The notes under the pieces were generated by a model. That model was not told the origin of the DNA and did not search any database. It saw nothing but the letters and a program-made list of their open reading frames with translations. Both the position numbers and the translations under genes were made by a program. A stretch of DNA of 64,000 nucleotides. It comes from Blasia pusilla. Its lineage: Eukaryota. Positions 11,622 to 23,005 of this stretch are shown here, one piece after another; the first letter of the stretch is position 1; each line of letters opens with the position of its first letter. The stretch spans positions 33,232,001 through 33,296,000 of the forward strand of contig CM114271.1 in NCBI GenBank assembly GCA_050084515.1, given 5' to 3'.

Positions 11622-12137
11622 TGTAAAATAAGATTGAATCTCTCTCACAACACCATAATTCTCACATGTGTGCACTCTTATATATCCCTCTCAATGTCAA
11701 ACCAAAACCACTCTCCTATTAAGAAGGTTGGGTTACACTCACAAGGCAAGGGACCATAGCTTCCGCCGCCTCGTGCCAAAAGGTTCAACAAAGAGAGAAT
11801 GAGCTCTCAAGCTCTCTCTCCTTGAAGTATTACCCCCCTCTCCCAAGCTCTCTCCATGGTAACCTATGCTCCCAAGTCACCTCCTTGGCTCTTGACCTGA
11901 TGTAGAGGTCAAAGGCCACTTACCAAAAAAAGAAAATCGAATATATACTCAAAATGGTAATTACCTAAAATATTAAGTTACTCAATATGGCTCTAAATGA
12001 GCCGAAACGAAGGGGAAACGTGGTCTCTCAGATTTCCTGAGGCCTCAACAGGTCATCCTTGACCTCCTAAGCCTATCCTCCACTACTCGCAAAGGCGCTC
12101 TACTAGATCTCATCGATTTATCCTAAAAGACGTGACA
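11622..12137 (-). repeat. Repeat B1 (5' terminal repeat of element 1)
   Basis: High by-eye identity to 3104-3649; in sense starts TGTCACG and ends CTTATTTTACA. Confidence 0.9.
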
Positions 12138-12599
12138 CAAGCGTCATTTCACGTCCGTAAACTATCAAGGAAGTCCATCCCAATAAAATGAGAAATATCA
12201 AAGGTAAAAACTTGTACATACGTAAAATTGTGTGCCTTGGAATAACATCTAACATAGTCGATGTATATTCCTATAAGTACACACAATCTCTACAACCTCC
12301 TCATCACTATGGATTTCAAAACATTGATTGACTCCTTGTAGACCACTAGATTTCAAAACTTACCATCTAAAAGTTATGTTGACGTTGATGCATTCTATTG
12401 ATCCAACATAGTAAGAAAAACACAAGAAAGCATCTGTGTATCAATATGGCACCATCTTCTCATTGCTCCCTCCATACCTTCGAGTTTATGTCTTATTTAT
12501 TTGATATGTACATAGGTTGTGGCTGAACTATCTATCTCCTCATTTAGCCTATAAACCACATAAAAATTATACTCTTATTATAATAGAGCCCACTTAATA

Positions 12600-13350
12600 A
12601 AATTCCCCACAAGATTTTTGGACTCCATTAATGGTGCTGGTTTATGACTAATGATGAGTGTGAAGGGGATGTTGAATAAATAACATGTGAAATCTACCAT
12701 GGTCCGCACTAAAGTCAAATATTCTCCCTTATATGAGCTCTACTTTGCCTCTACTAATGTTCTTTGATTTACTTACATGAGCTATGACAAGCTCTCTTCC
12801 CTTCTCTCACTTTTAGGCCCAATATACTCCAATCCGTACATAATTAGGATGGATGATTTGTAATAGGTCTTAGTAAAATTGATAAGAATATGAATCAATC
12901 CTTGAGAGTATGAAACAATCATGCTTAATCATCTCCCTAATACCACACCAAATCAAGTCTTTTCAACAAAGTCAAATATTTTATGATCGCATTAAACCCC
13001 TTAGCATACCATTGATAGATTTTTTCTAGTCGTAGAAATGTTTAGACTTGACTCACGTGTAAAGGTCATGGAATGCGCACACTAGTCTTTACCTTTATCT
13101 AATGGACACCTTCCCCACATGGATCTATGGTGTGATCCAATTGTTGAATCTAATCGTTGAAGAACTTGCACTTGGGTGAATATAGCTTCAATCCATATAA
13201 TTAAAATCTTCAAAATAATTCTTCCAAGTGTTGCTTATGCTCCTCAATCGTGGAACTAAGATGATAATATAATATATGTAATATTGTACAAACTCCAAAC
13301 AAGCAAGAATCCTATCCATAACTCTAGAGAACTTCACAATGAAGTTCTTC
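12600..13350 (-). mobile_element. Highly degenerate RT/RNase H remnant of the same Gypsy family
   Basis: By-eye similarity to element 1 RT (aatcctatccataactct..., gaagaacttgcac...) and RH (cttatatgagct..ctttgcctc). Confidence 0.6.
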
Positions 13351-13900
13351 AAACCAAATAGTAGGTTTTTACTCCACTTTTTACATTGTTTTTCTTATTT
13401 AGTTTTAATTGTTGTTAGTTCTCCAAACCATCGTTGGAAGTCTTTCATTTCAATTAGATTACTAGTTATTTCTTAAATAAGATTTTTAGTTGTGGTTAAG
13501 TTAATTATGCTCATGATGTGTTGGATTGCTTATAGTGTATTGGATGATTAATCAGCTTACTCCTTCCACTCTGCATTAACATGCAAGGGTCTCTTTTGCT
13601 ACCCCTTCCCTTACTAGGAGATCCTCTATTTATTTTATGCTTCTTTTATTCACTTCAACTCGTGCCCTCTAAGGCCATGTGGCTTGAGATTAACTCCTAC
13701 ATACTTAATTAACCTTTGATGATATCTTAATCAAATAAGAAGGAGATGCAAATCGGTGTGGAGGATGCTCCAAGAAAAAATGTACCACAAACAATGACAT
13801 GTTGGTTTCAACCACCTTTTTCACTTCATGTGTATTCTAATAAGGTGTTGCAGAATGAGCACCTAGTTTAATAGAAGTTGTAGACTAGCTTTGCATCACT

Positions 13901-13971
13901 GGTTCCATGGTGAAGTGGTTATCATGTCTACTTACACGTAGAAGGTCGTGAGTTTGAAACTCGTTGGATCA
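13901..13971 (+). pseudogene. tRNA-Val-like pseudogene (or tRNA-derived SINE head)
   Basis: GGTTCCATGGTGAAGTGGTTATCATG-TCTAC ttacac GTAGA-AGGTCGTGAGTTTGAAACTCG-TTGGATCA. Anticodon loop is only 6 nt and the T-loop has TTTG for TTCG; T-run downstream. Confidence 0.7.
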
Positions 13972-15423
13972 ATGATTCTTTGTACTGTGTTTTTTAGCCT
14001 TTTGACCCTTTGGGTCCCACAGGCTTGACCTATTTACGATTTACCATGCACACAATCCATCTCAAATATACTTTTCCCGGTTTGTATGTAATTACTCGAG
14101 CTGCTAGACATGCCTTTGCCAAGCACACATGTTTGCTCAAATGAACAACTTATGTATGACGGACTCGTTAGGCAGATAAAATCCAAAAGAGGGATGTATT
14201 CCCCACTGCACCAACACAAGCATGATTTCCCTAGTTTAGAGCCTATATGAATGATATTCTTTAACAACATCATGTTGGAGAGGAGATGGTTGATTACTCT
14301 TCGGTGGACTTGGACATTCTAGAGAGAGTTATCGACCCTCTTACTGATGCTCGGTCCTTCACACAATTATGAGGGGATGTTCGGAATTTCTGGATTAGGG
14401 CATTGAATGAGCGACATACACGAATATGTTGACATCTTCCATTGTATGACAATGGAATATGTTGCACTTTTGAGCAAGAGTCACAAATATCCAAACATAA
14501 CACAAACATTATCAGAAAGGACCTCCTATATTTTGGAGTGTTGGAAGAGGTATTGGACTTGGACTTCCACACCTTACAAGTGATTTCCTGGCACTATAGA
14601 TGATATCAGATACTTGTTTGGATCCCAACTTCTTCATGAATTACATCTATCGAACATAATTCTTGAATACATTCTTGTCTCTTAGACTACCTCATACTTT
14701 TACAAAACATGAAGGGTTCAAAAAGACAAACGAAATGACAATCTGTTGGTTATTTGTGGATTCATGTGACAAAATATAAATGTTTAAATTATTACAAGAT
14801 AAAACATTGGAGATCAATTTCTCATTCCTTGTAACCATTGATTGCTTTTCACTATGACTTGCCTCATGATTTATAGAGATTTCAATATCCATCAAACTTT
14901 TGCCATGATTAATAACAAGTCATAATACAAACAATATTGAAATGTTCGAACTTATTTGCCTTCATCAAGGTCAAGTATATGCAGCATTGTCTAAAGTAGG
15001 ACGAAAGGAACATATACCCATTGAAATGAAGAAAATTCTGTTTGAATAAAATTCCATAAAAAATTCTTAAACTTATTTCAAGAGAACATGTTTGAATGAG
15101 AGCGAAAAAGAACTTTCCGCCCACAAATCTTGTAAGATAAACCCTAGTATCCGTAACCCCGTACTTTGCGGGACCTCTTTTGAGTGACATTCTAAACCCT
15201 AAGCTCATGTAATGTGTACCCCTGAAGATCGTTACAGATATATGTTCCTCATGTGCGATCTACTCCCTATGGATCAGGGGTACAATCAGTTATGAAGGTA
15301 GGAATCTGAGAAACTATTTGGATTGTGGCTGATCTTTTACAGGTAGATTTTCTCCAGGCGCCGCGATTGGGAGGTGTACCGGGATCGACCGGTTTAGGAC
15401 AGAGGCGTTTGAATGAGTGGAAG

Positions 15424-18400
15424 ATGATACGGAGGAGCCCGAAGCTGAGAGCGAGCAATGTGTTAGGGCATGGTGTTGCTCGCCTTTTCGTTGGTTCTGC
15501 AATTGGGACAAATTTCCTCCAGCGCTCCTTTGTTCAAAGGTATTCCTCTGGAATTGTCAGAGATTTGTGATTTATTTTTATTTTCTTCTTTTTGGGGTTT
15601 GAGGATCTCCTGCTGGATTGTGGATATGGTGAGTTGTCAATTCCTGCAGTTTTGGAAAAAGCTGTACGGTGGATCCCCGTTCGAGCGATGGAGGAATTGA
15701 TGAATTATTTGGTTTGTATTGCGATGTCGGGAAGGTTTCAGGTTGTCTCATGCCTTTGGAGACGATGCTACAAATTATGAGGACGATGCATGGAGAGGAG
15801 TGGAAATTTCTCAGGGTAGTGGCCGATGTAATCTCCTTCCGAACAATACTACTAGAAAGATTTGTTGGAGTCAAAGCATGCCGCCAGGTTTATCTTGTGA
15901 GGACTCAATATCCTTGTTTCCGCGTTCGGTGCGCTGGCTGAATTCTCAAGCAGCACAGCAATCTGGACATGAAAAGGTGAAAATCCATGAATGACTCCCT
16001 GCAGCAAACGAGCTTTGCTGTGCTTTGCGAATTTGATGCAAGTCAATTTGGTATGGCCATGGCAGCACATAGGTTCTAGATTTAAAAATTCGAACTCTGG
16101 TGGTTTAGGGAGGTTCAAAACCCTTTCAACGCCAGAGTACCGTGTTGTTTATAATTAATTGCTTCCTTTTGCAGCTTAATTATTTCCAACTACAGCCTAA
16201 TTGTGCCTTTCACAGACCATGCATACCTGTCTGCCCATTTGAAAAGGAAAGAATGCCACTCTCACTGTGTTGGAACATCTAGCCAAACGCAGAGGCTTCT
16301 TCCCCAGAGGAACTTCATGAATCTTTTGAAGAGCAGACGGGTGAGATCAAACCCGACGGGCTCAAGTCAGCAATGACAACTCGGAATACCACTGATCGAG
16401 ATGTCGAGGATGCAATGCTACCCAGAATTATGATCATTGGAAGGCCGAATGTAGGGAAATCAGCTCTTTTCAATAGGTATACTTCAGATTGCCATCAAGT
16501 TTTAGGGGTTGGCAGTGATTTTTGGGTGCTAGTTTAGAAGATTTGGCATATGTGAAGGAATTGTAATCATTCAAGAATGGGGGTTTCCAAGGGAGAAAAG
16601 TTCTAGATTATTAGTTGATGTGTCAAATTGCAGCAGGTCTTTAAACCGGTCCTGGTGATGGTATATTGTGTGGCGGAAATTGGTTAACTACGCAATAGGC
16701 TTTTCAGATGAAGGAATGGATGTAGGCAGTGTCATGGAGATGGACATGTTTTCTTGTAGTAGGAGTTGTCTTTGTAAGGGAAAATACTAGAATCTGACCT
16801 TCGTCTCACTAAACTTACTCTGGTTTACGTTCCATGCAGGTTGACTCACAGGCGTGATGCATTGGTTTATAATACCCCTGAAGGTCATGTTACTCGGGAT
16901 GTCCGTGAGGGAATTGCGAAACTGGGTGGACTAAGATTCAAGGTGCTAGATACTGCTGGATTGGAGACTTTCACTGAGTCTCAGACTATACTCGCCAGAA
17001 CAGCAGGACTTTCTGCAACTGCCCTCCGAAAATGTCAAATTGCACTTTTTGTGGTGGATGGCAGGTCTTGATTTTTTTCTCTCTGCTACTCTCCTCCTGG
17101 CATCAATCTTGGGACAGTCTTCATAGCGCCTTTAGGAGTCCAGGCGTTTAGGTTGTTGGTTTGACTCTCAGTTATCTTCACTGCGTTTGAGGTGTCATTG
17201 TTTCCAAGTTTCTGTTTGCCAAAGGTTCGGAGGACAATGCAAATTTCTAAACTGCACTTTGTTTACCTTGTTCCTTGGACTATCATAACTCATGTCTGAA
17301 TCAAAAGTTTACCCATTGTTGGCGAGGCGTTATTGGTCATGGACCCACATCATTACAAAGAATGAATTCTTTGGAAGTGTAGAAAACTTTGTAGGTAATG
17401 CTCTAGATATCTTTCTGTTTGCCGAGGGTTCGGAGGACGTTAACTCTTTGAGTACTAAGAGCAGGAAATGACAGGTTTTTCGGCATAATTTGTTCTGATT
17501 GTTTTGGGAAAGTAGAGGAGAGAAACTGAGGAATTTTTTTTGGTGTATGCAGAGCTGGTGTGCAGCCAATGGATGCCGATGTGGGAAAGTGGGTGCGCAA
17601 AGTTGCACCAGGTGTGAAGGTAGTGGTTGTGTTGAACAAGGCTGAAGGGATATATCATGAGGCGACTGGGAAACTAATGTCAGCATTAGGGGAAACATAT
17701 CAACTAGGATTTGGTGATCCAGTTCCTATTTCTGCAGAATCTGGAGAAGGCATGAGTGATTTATTTCAAAGTTTGGAACCTTTTCTCAAGGAGGCCCAAG
17801 ATGCCATACGCAAGGCCTCACCAGGTTAGGAACACTTTGCATTGTGTGTGGTTGCTGAAGAAGAATTTATGATTTAAGATGCTAAATTTGGAAGAGCAAT
17901 ATGAATCTGATCTAATGAACTTGTGTAAAGACGATGCAAAATAATGCATATGGAGAGTTTGCTAAGTTTACTTCAGTATGCCTTGGTAACCAGGGCACTG
18001 CGTTTTGTGAGTTGAAAGTCCTTCATGATCAATTTGTGAATGCTTGACATGAGTGTAACCACAACTCTGGATTTGGACAGAGATAGTGGGTATGTAGATG
18101 GGATGAAAATAGTGATGGCTCATATGTTTTTTGCCTGCATCATGTTGTATTTGCAGAGGTTTTAGTAGAAATACATCAAGACAGTAGTGAGCCTGACTTG
18201 AAGAGAGTTCCGATGCAGCTAGCAATTGCTGGACGCCCAAATGTAGGGAAGTCAACTCTGGTGAATGCACTGTTACGAGAAGAACGAGTCTTGACTGGGC
18301 CTGAGCCTGGACTTACACGAGATTCCATTTCTGTTCAATTTGATTATCAAGGTCAACAAGTACGATTGGTGAGTGGAAGCTCCCCATTTGAAATGTACAC

Positions 18401-19930
18401 AGATGTTGTGTGAGCTTTAAGCACCGATGATTAACTTAAGTCGTCTGACACCTTGTCATCAGGTTGACACAGCAGGGTGGATGCAAAGAGTTCAATTGAA
18501 GGAAGGGCCTGCTGCTCTAAGCGCCATGCATGCTCGGAAAGGGGTCATGAGGGCCCACGTCGTGGCTCTTATTCTTGATGGGGAAGAGGTACTATGGCAC
18601 TCTGATAGTCATATTTGTATCCATGTTTTCTCTTGGACCAGAGATTGATAAAGAAAGCTGAGTATATTGAGGTCTGTATTGGTGAATCTTGATTATGTTC
18701 AATGCGTGGTTGAAATCTTGAGGTTCATGGACTTAAAAGCATAACCTCAAATCACTGCAGAAGTTGTAGAAATTCTAACAATGGTATACGCAGCTCAAAG
18801 GGAAATGCTCGTTATGTGGTGTTGTGTACAGATAGCTAAAACAAAAAGCAGTATGCGGCATGCAGAAGCATCTTTGGCGAGATGGGTTGTTCAGGAGGGA
18901 CGGGGGTTGGTTGTGGTGGTTAACAAGATGGATCTACTAGATGGCAAAGACAAAGCCAAGATTCGCAGTGACGTTATGAATGCTGTACCTATAGAGATTC
19001 AAACTATTTTGCCTCAGGTATTTTAGTACTTTACAAAGCCTTCACATATTTTTACAACAGCATGCAGTTTGTTTATGTAGAGTTCACATGGTACTGATCG
19101 CAAAAATCGGGGTGCTGGATGGTCGGAGTAATTGGTTAGTTCATGGGACATTTCTTCCAATTGTGGCAGGTGTCAGGAATTCCCGTAGTCTTTGTTTCTG
19201 CGTTGGAAAAAAGAGGAAGTGCTGCAATAATGCGGAATGTCTTTGAGACTTACAAGAAGTGGTGTGCTCGACTGCCAACTGCACAGTTGAATCGCTGGCT
19301 TGGAAAGGTAAGATCCTCTCCCATAAAATCAGTTTTTTTTAAAGTAGATGTGTGCATTGGAGAATAGCGTATAGCCCTATAGTCGAGCATTTCCAAAACG
19401 ATTTGATGACTTCAAACCCATTACTCATACTTTGCTATTCTATTTTATTCTATTATCCACTCCTAGTTTGGGTTGGAAATTAGTACGGAAGTTGCTGTTC
19501 TCCAGTCCAAGTTTTGTGAATGTTCTATCAGGGCCCAGAGTTGCGTCACCCCAAAGTTTAGAATGGGAATCAAAAGGTGGTATCCGTGATCGTCGTTGGA
19601 GACCCAGTACGTTTTATATAGGTTGGCCTAATGCATAGGAGGATTTGCAGAGTGGGGAGAAGTGGAGAGAGACTAAGTTATGCTACTTGATACACTCTCC
19701 AGGTGATGAGCCGGCACCCAAGGAATACTTCTGGGGTAGGTTATGGAGTCAAAGTGAGATACTTGACACAAGCAAAAGCTCGGCCACCCACGTTTGTAGC
19801 TTTTGTGAGTGGGTCTGGGGAGTTGGACGATACGGATCTACGGTTTCTAGCCTCTGCTCTACGAGAAGATTTTGGCCTCAGCGGTATTCCCCTCAGAATT
19901 CTTCAACGAAGCTCCAGGAAAGAGGATTAG
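15424..19930 (+). CDS. der: Organellar (probably mitochondrial) GTPase Der/EngA, multi-exon
   Basis: Two P-loops [12 protein letters not shown] and NKAE/NKMD motifs; C-terminal KH-like [15 protein letters not shown] exons: ~16293/16308-16476, 16840-17064, 17553-17824, 18157-18368, 18463-18588, 18832-19017, 19170-19307, 19703-19930(TAG). The 5' transit-peptide exon(s) from 15424 ([11 protein letters not shown]...) are uncertain because the phase does not join directly. Confidence 0.93.
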
Positions 19931-20224
19931 GATTGGCCGACTACGTCCAAGTGTACAGAAAGATAAATTGAAACTGTTTGGTCATAGTTTGCAATATTAG
20001 CCTTCCGGAGACACAATTGCAAACTCGTGAACAACGTCGTCGTGATAGCACCTTTCCCTGGAGAGATTCCTATCTTCCACCGAGAAACGGGACCCGCTGT
20101 GACAGTCACTAAATTGATTAAAGGTGCATCTATGATGATAGCCGTTTCCTTTATCAACGTAGTTTGAATCCAGTTACTGGATCGCGCCTGCCCCCTCCTT
20201 TCCTCATCCATGCGGGCTTTCGTG

Positions 20225-20500
20225 TGGCAGGTCGTCTGTGCGCATGTATGGTCCCTCCGCATGAATGGTCATATCTTCTAAACGGGTGTAAGGATCTTTT
20301 CGCCACTCCGACTGCAGCTTCTTGCAACTGCAGCTGCAAAAGAAGAAGCATTCACTCAATGGCAGGTCGTTTGTGCGCATGAATGGTCCCTCCGCATGAA
20401 TGGTCATATCTTCTAGACTGGTGTAAGGATCATTTCGCCACTCCGACTGCAGCTTTTTCCACGGTGTAGAAGAAGCTGCAAAAGAAGAAGCGTCCACTCA
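20225..20500. repeat. 135-bp tandem duplication (2 copies)
   Basis: tggcaggtcgt.tgtgcgcatg at 20225 and 20360. Confidence 0.9.
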
Positions 20501-21160
20501 TCCACAGTAATACGCTTGTCATCGATGGGCCTCGCCGAAAAGGCCGAGAGGTACACCTTAAAACCCTGGCGGGGCCGGACCGAGAGGTCGGATACACTCG
20601 GTGAAACGTGGGATTTTTACTACGTGAAGATAAAACAATGAATACTTTTGCACTGAAGTGGCAGATTCCGTTTGTAGGCACCCACCGGGCCGACATTTCA
20701 TCTTTGCAAATAGCTAAGAGAGTTCCTCCTGATCCCATCGGAGGTACTCCCGTAGCTATGTGGGCTTTCCTTTCCGTCGATGGCAAGTATCTCTCTTTGA
20801 CACGTTGAGGCAACGAAATCTTACTACTGGAGTCCCACCTTATCCTGCCAGATGCAAATTATCCGCAAGAGGTTAAGCCCGTTCAGAAGCGGATGAATTT
20901 CATGTACGGGATACATTAGAAACCCGGGTCATTCAATGGCTTGGGAGGCATCTCTTAACTTGAGCTGCGCAGACGCCATGAGGAAGATCAGAGCTCGGCT
21001 ACCAAACTGGAACACTCCTACCAGCCTCTCGACAGAGCTTGGTGCCTTCTCACCAGCGGAGTGAGACTAAATGCCAAGTGCAGCAAACAGTGACCGAGTC
21101 TGGGTCTAGTACGTACGCATGCCACTACCTGCCTCAGAGATACCGCTGAGCCTATAGTAC

Positions 21161-21301
21161 CCTATACAGACAGAGACCACAGTCCAAGCGCCGGGCTCCA
21201 ACAAGAGCCCATACAGACAGAGACCACAATCCGAGCGCCGGGCTCCAACAAGAGCCTATGCAGACAGAGACCACAATCCGAGCGCCGGACTCCAACAAGA
21301 G
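21161..21301. repeat. 47-bp minisatellite, 3 copies
   Basis: Unit CCTATACAGACAGAGACCACAATCCGAGCGCCGGGCTCCAACAAGAG. Confidence 0.92.
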
Positions 21302-23005
21302 TACGGAACGGAAGCCTGCCCAACCAGGGTCCGGGTAGTTAGTTTTGTGTGAGAAACCGGTACATTTTTATGGGATACAAATACAAAGGAGAACCCGTGT
21401 ACTCATTCGGTTTTTAGCCGGTGACTGGCTAAAAACTGTATCGGCAGTTTTAAAATTTAACCCCGTTCTCCCCGGACATTTTGCCCACCTCAGTACTACA
21501 CCATGTATATGACATAAGTTAGCCAATGATGCGAACTCTGAACGAGATAGCCCAAAGGACATTGTATACCATGGGATACGCAGATCTGATAGAGGGAGAG
21601 GTAAGGAGGGATACGAGAGCCTTCGTGTCGTTGTTGTCCCTTGAGGAAGAGATCCAACCCATTGTTGGGAGTGATGCCGAGGAAGGGGGATCGATGAATG
21701 AAATTTTCTTTCTCCAGTCACGATGCTCTTGCTACGCACGAAAGGTCATTTCTCTAAAAGTTCCCGATAATTTCTTCCCTTCCCAAAGTGTAACATGTCC
21801 ATTTTTCTTTCTTCAATTAGGAGTGATATCCAAGTCCTCCTTGAAATAACTCCCACCTCTCTGTGAAAGGCTTAAATAATATCCCACTCTCCTCATTCAT
21901 CCCCTCTCTTCATTATTATTAAAACCACTTCCCCTCTTCCAATATTCTAATTCATTCTCCCATCCCAAATGTGCATAGGGCACTAATGGGACAAAATAGT
22001 ACCTTTTATAATATTTTTTCTTATTATTCATGCAGTGTTAGAATCTTGGAAACACCAGTGTACATGGTTAGATTTGCGTAAAAAATTGAAGGGAGAACTT
22101 GTTAAATTTTCTTTTTTTATTTCAATGGGGTTCGAAGAAATTTGAAGTTATTCCTTTCGGTTAACGTGGACCTCCTAAACTTAGAGGGTGGTCCCATATA
22201 AATGGAGCGTGAGTCTGCGTGACTGTTGGAGGAGGATTACCACCCCGTGACTATTAAAGGAGGTGTCCCCATGGGTAGCCTATATCGGTTGACTAATCAA
22301 TCCATTTCGTATGGATCAGTCAACTTTGTTTGCAGGATTATACGCTGCTGCATGGGAGAATCGACGAAGTGCATGGCCACATTTACATCCAGTGCGAAGC
22401 GTTGCCGAACTGCACAGAGTCCCTGCAGTGGAACTTCCATGTGATCGATCGAGCTGGATTTCATCGACGACCTGCAACTAGAGTGATTGAGAGGTCCTGC
22501 AGGCTGGAGAGTTTTGACTAGCACACCACGCCCATCTATTCCAAGCTGACGGTGTTTGGAGTTTTTCAATAGGACCGACAATAAGCCACAAAGATCGGCC
22601 CTCAATTCTCGTATTCCCTCACTCGCTCCGTCGTCGGGAAGAAAGAAAAATACTTTGTGTCACTCTTATGCGGATAGATCGAAACTATTGCGATTTTCAT
22701 TGCCAGTCCGAACCTGAATTCGCACATTTGCAAATGCTTTTGGGGGGCCGACGGGTATCAAACTTCGGAGAAACCGCGTTTCCAGATCATGAAAATGTGC
22801 GCCAAGCTGGAAACCAGATTTAGTTCCCGAGTTTGACCTTGCGTCGTGAGTCAAGGTACATGGTCATGAGCCAGAGCATTTCTTCCACATCCTAGACTCG
22901 AGTATAAACCTCCCTTACTCTTGCAAGGAAGCGATCTGTTCTTGTAATCCGATTTTGTACACCTGAGGCTCGAGATCGCAAAAAGGGACCAGAATCGGTC
23001 GCATC

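Larger units (their letters stand above)
2988..12137 (-). mobile_element. Degenerate Ty3/Gypsy-type retrotransposon (element 1): Gag-PR-DNMT-RT-RH-IN-PHD with split direct repeats
   Basis: Domain motifs in Gypsy order on the minus strand. Sense termini TGTCACG (12137) and ...GCGCACCACA (2988). Flanks TAAG (2984-2987) and CAAG (12138-12141) may be a 4-bp TSD with one mismatch. Many stops and frameshifts. Confidence 0.9.

Noticed and set aside
2988-12137. Classification as a DIRS/Ngaro element
   Set aside because: No tyrosine recombinase seen; it has an aspartic protease, a DDE integrase and TG...CA ends, and its methyltransferase is C5-type rather than the DAM-like domain of DIRS.
14034-15250. 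Short minus-strand ORFs upstream of Der
   Set aside because: No recognisable domain or consistent splice structure; probably decayed repeat or promoter DNA.
17209-17440. Short duplicated motif (tttctgtttgcc..ggttcggaggac) in a Der intron
   Set aside because: Local duplication with no evident structure or function.
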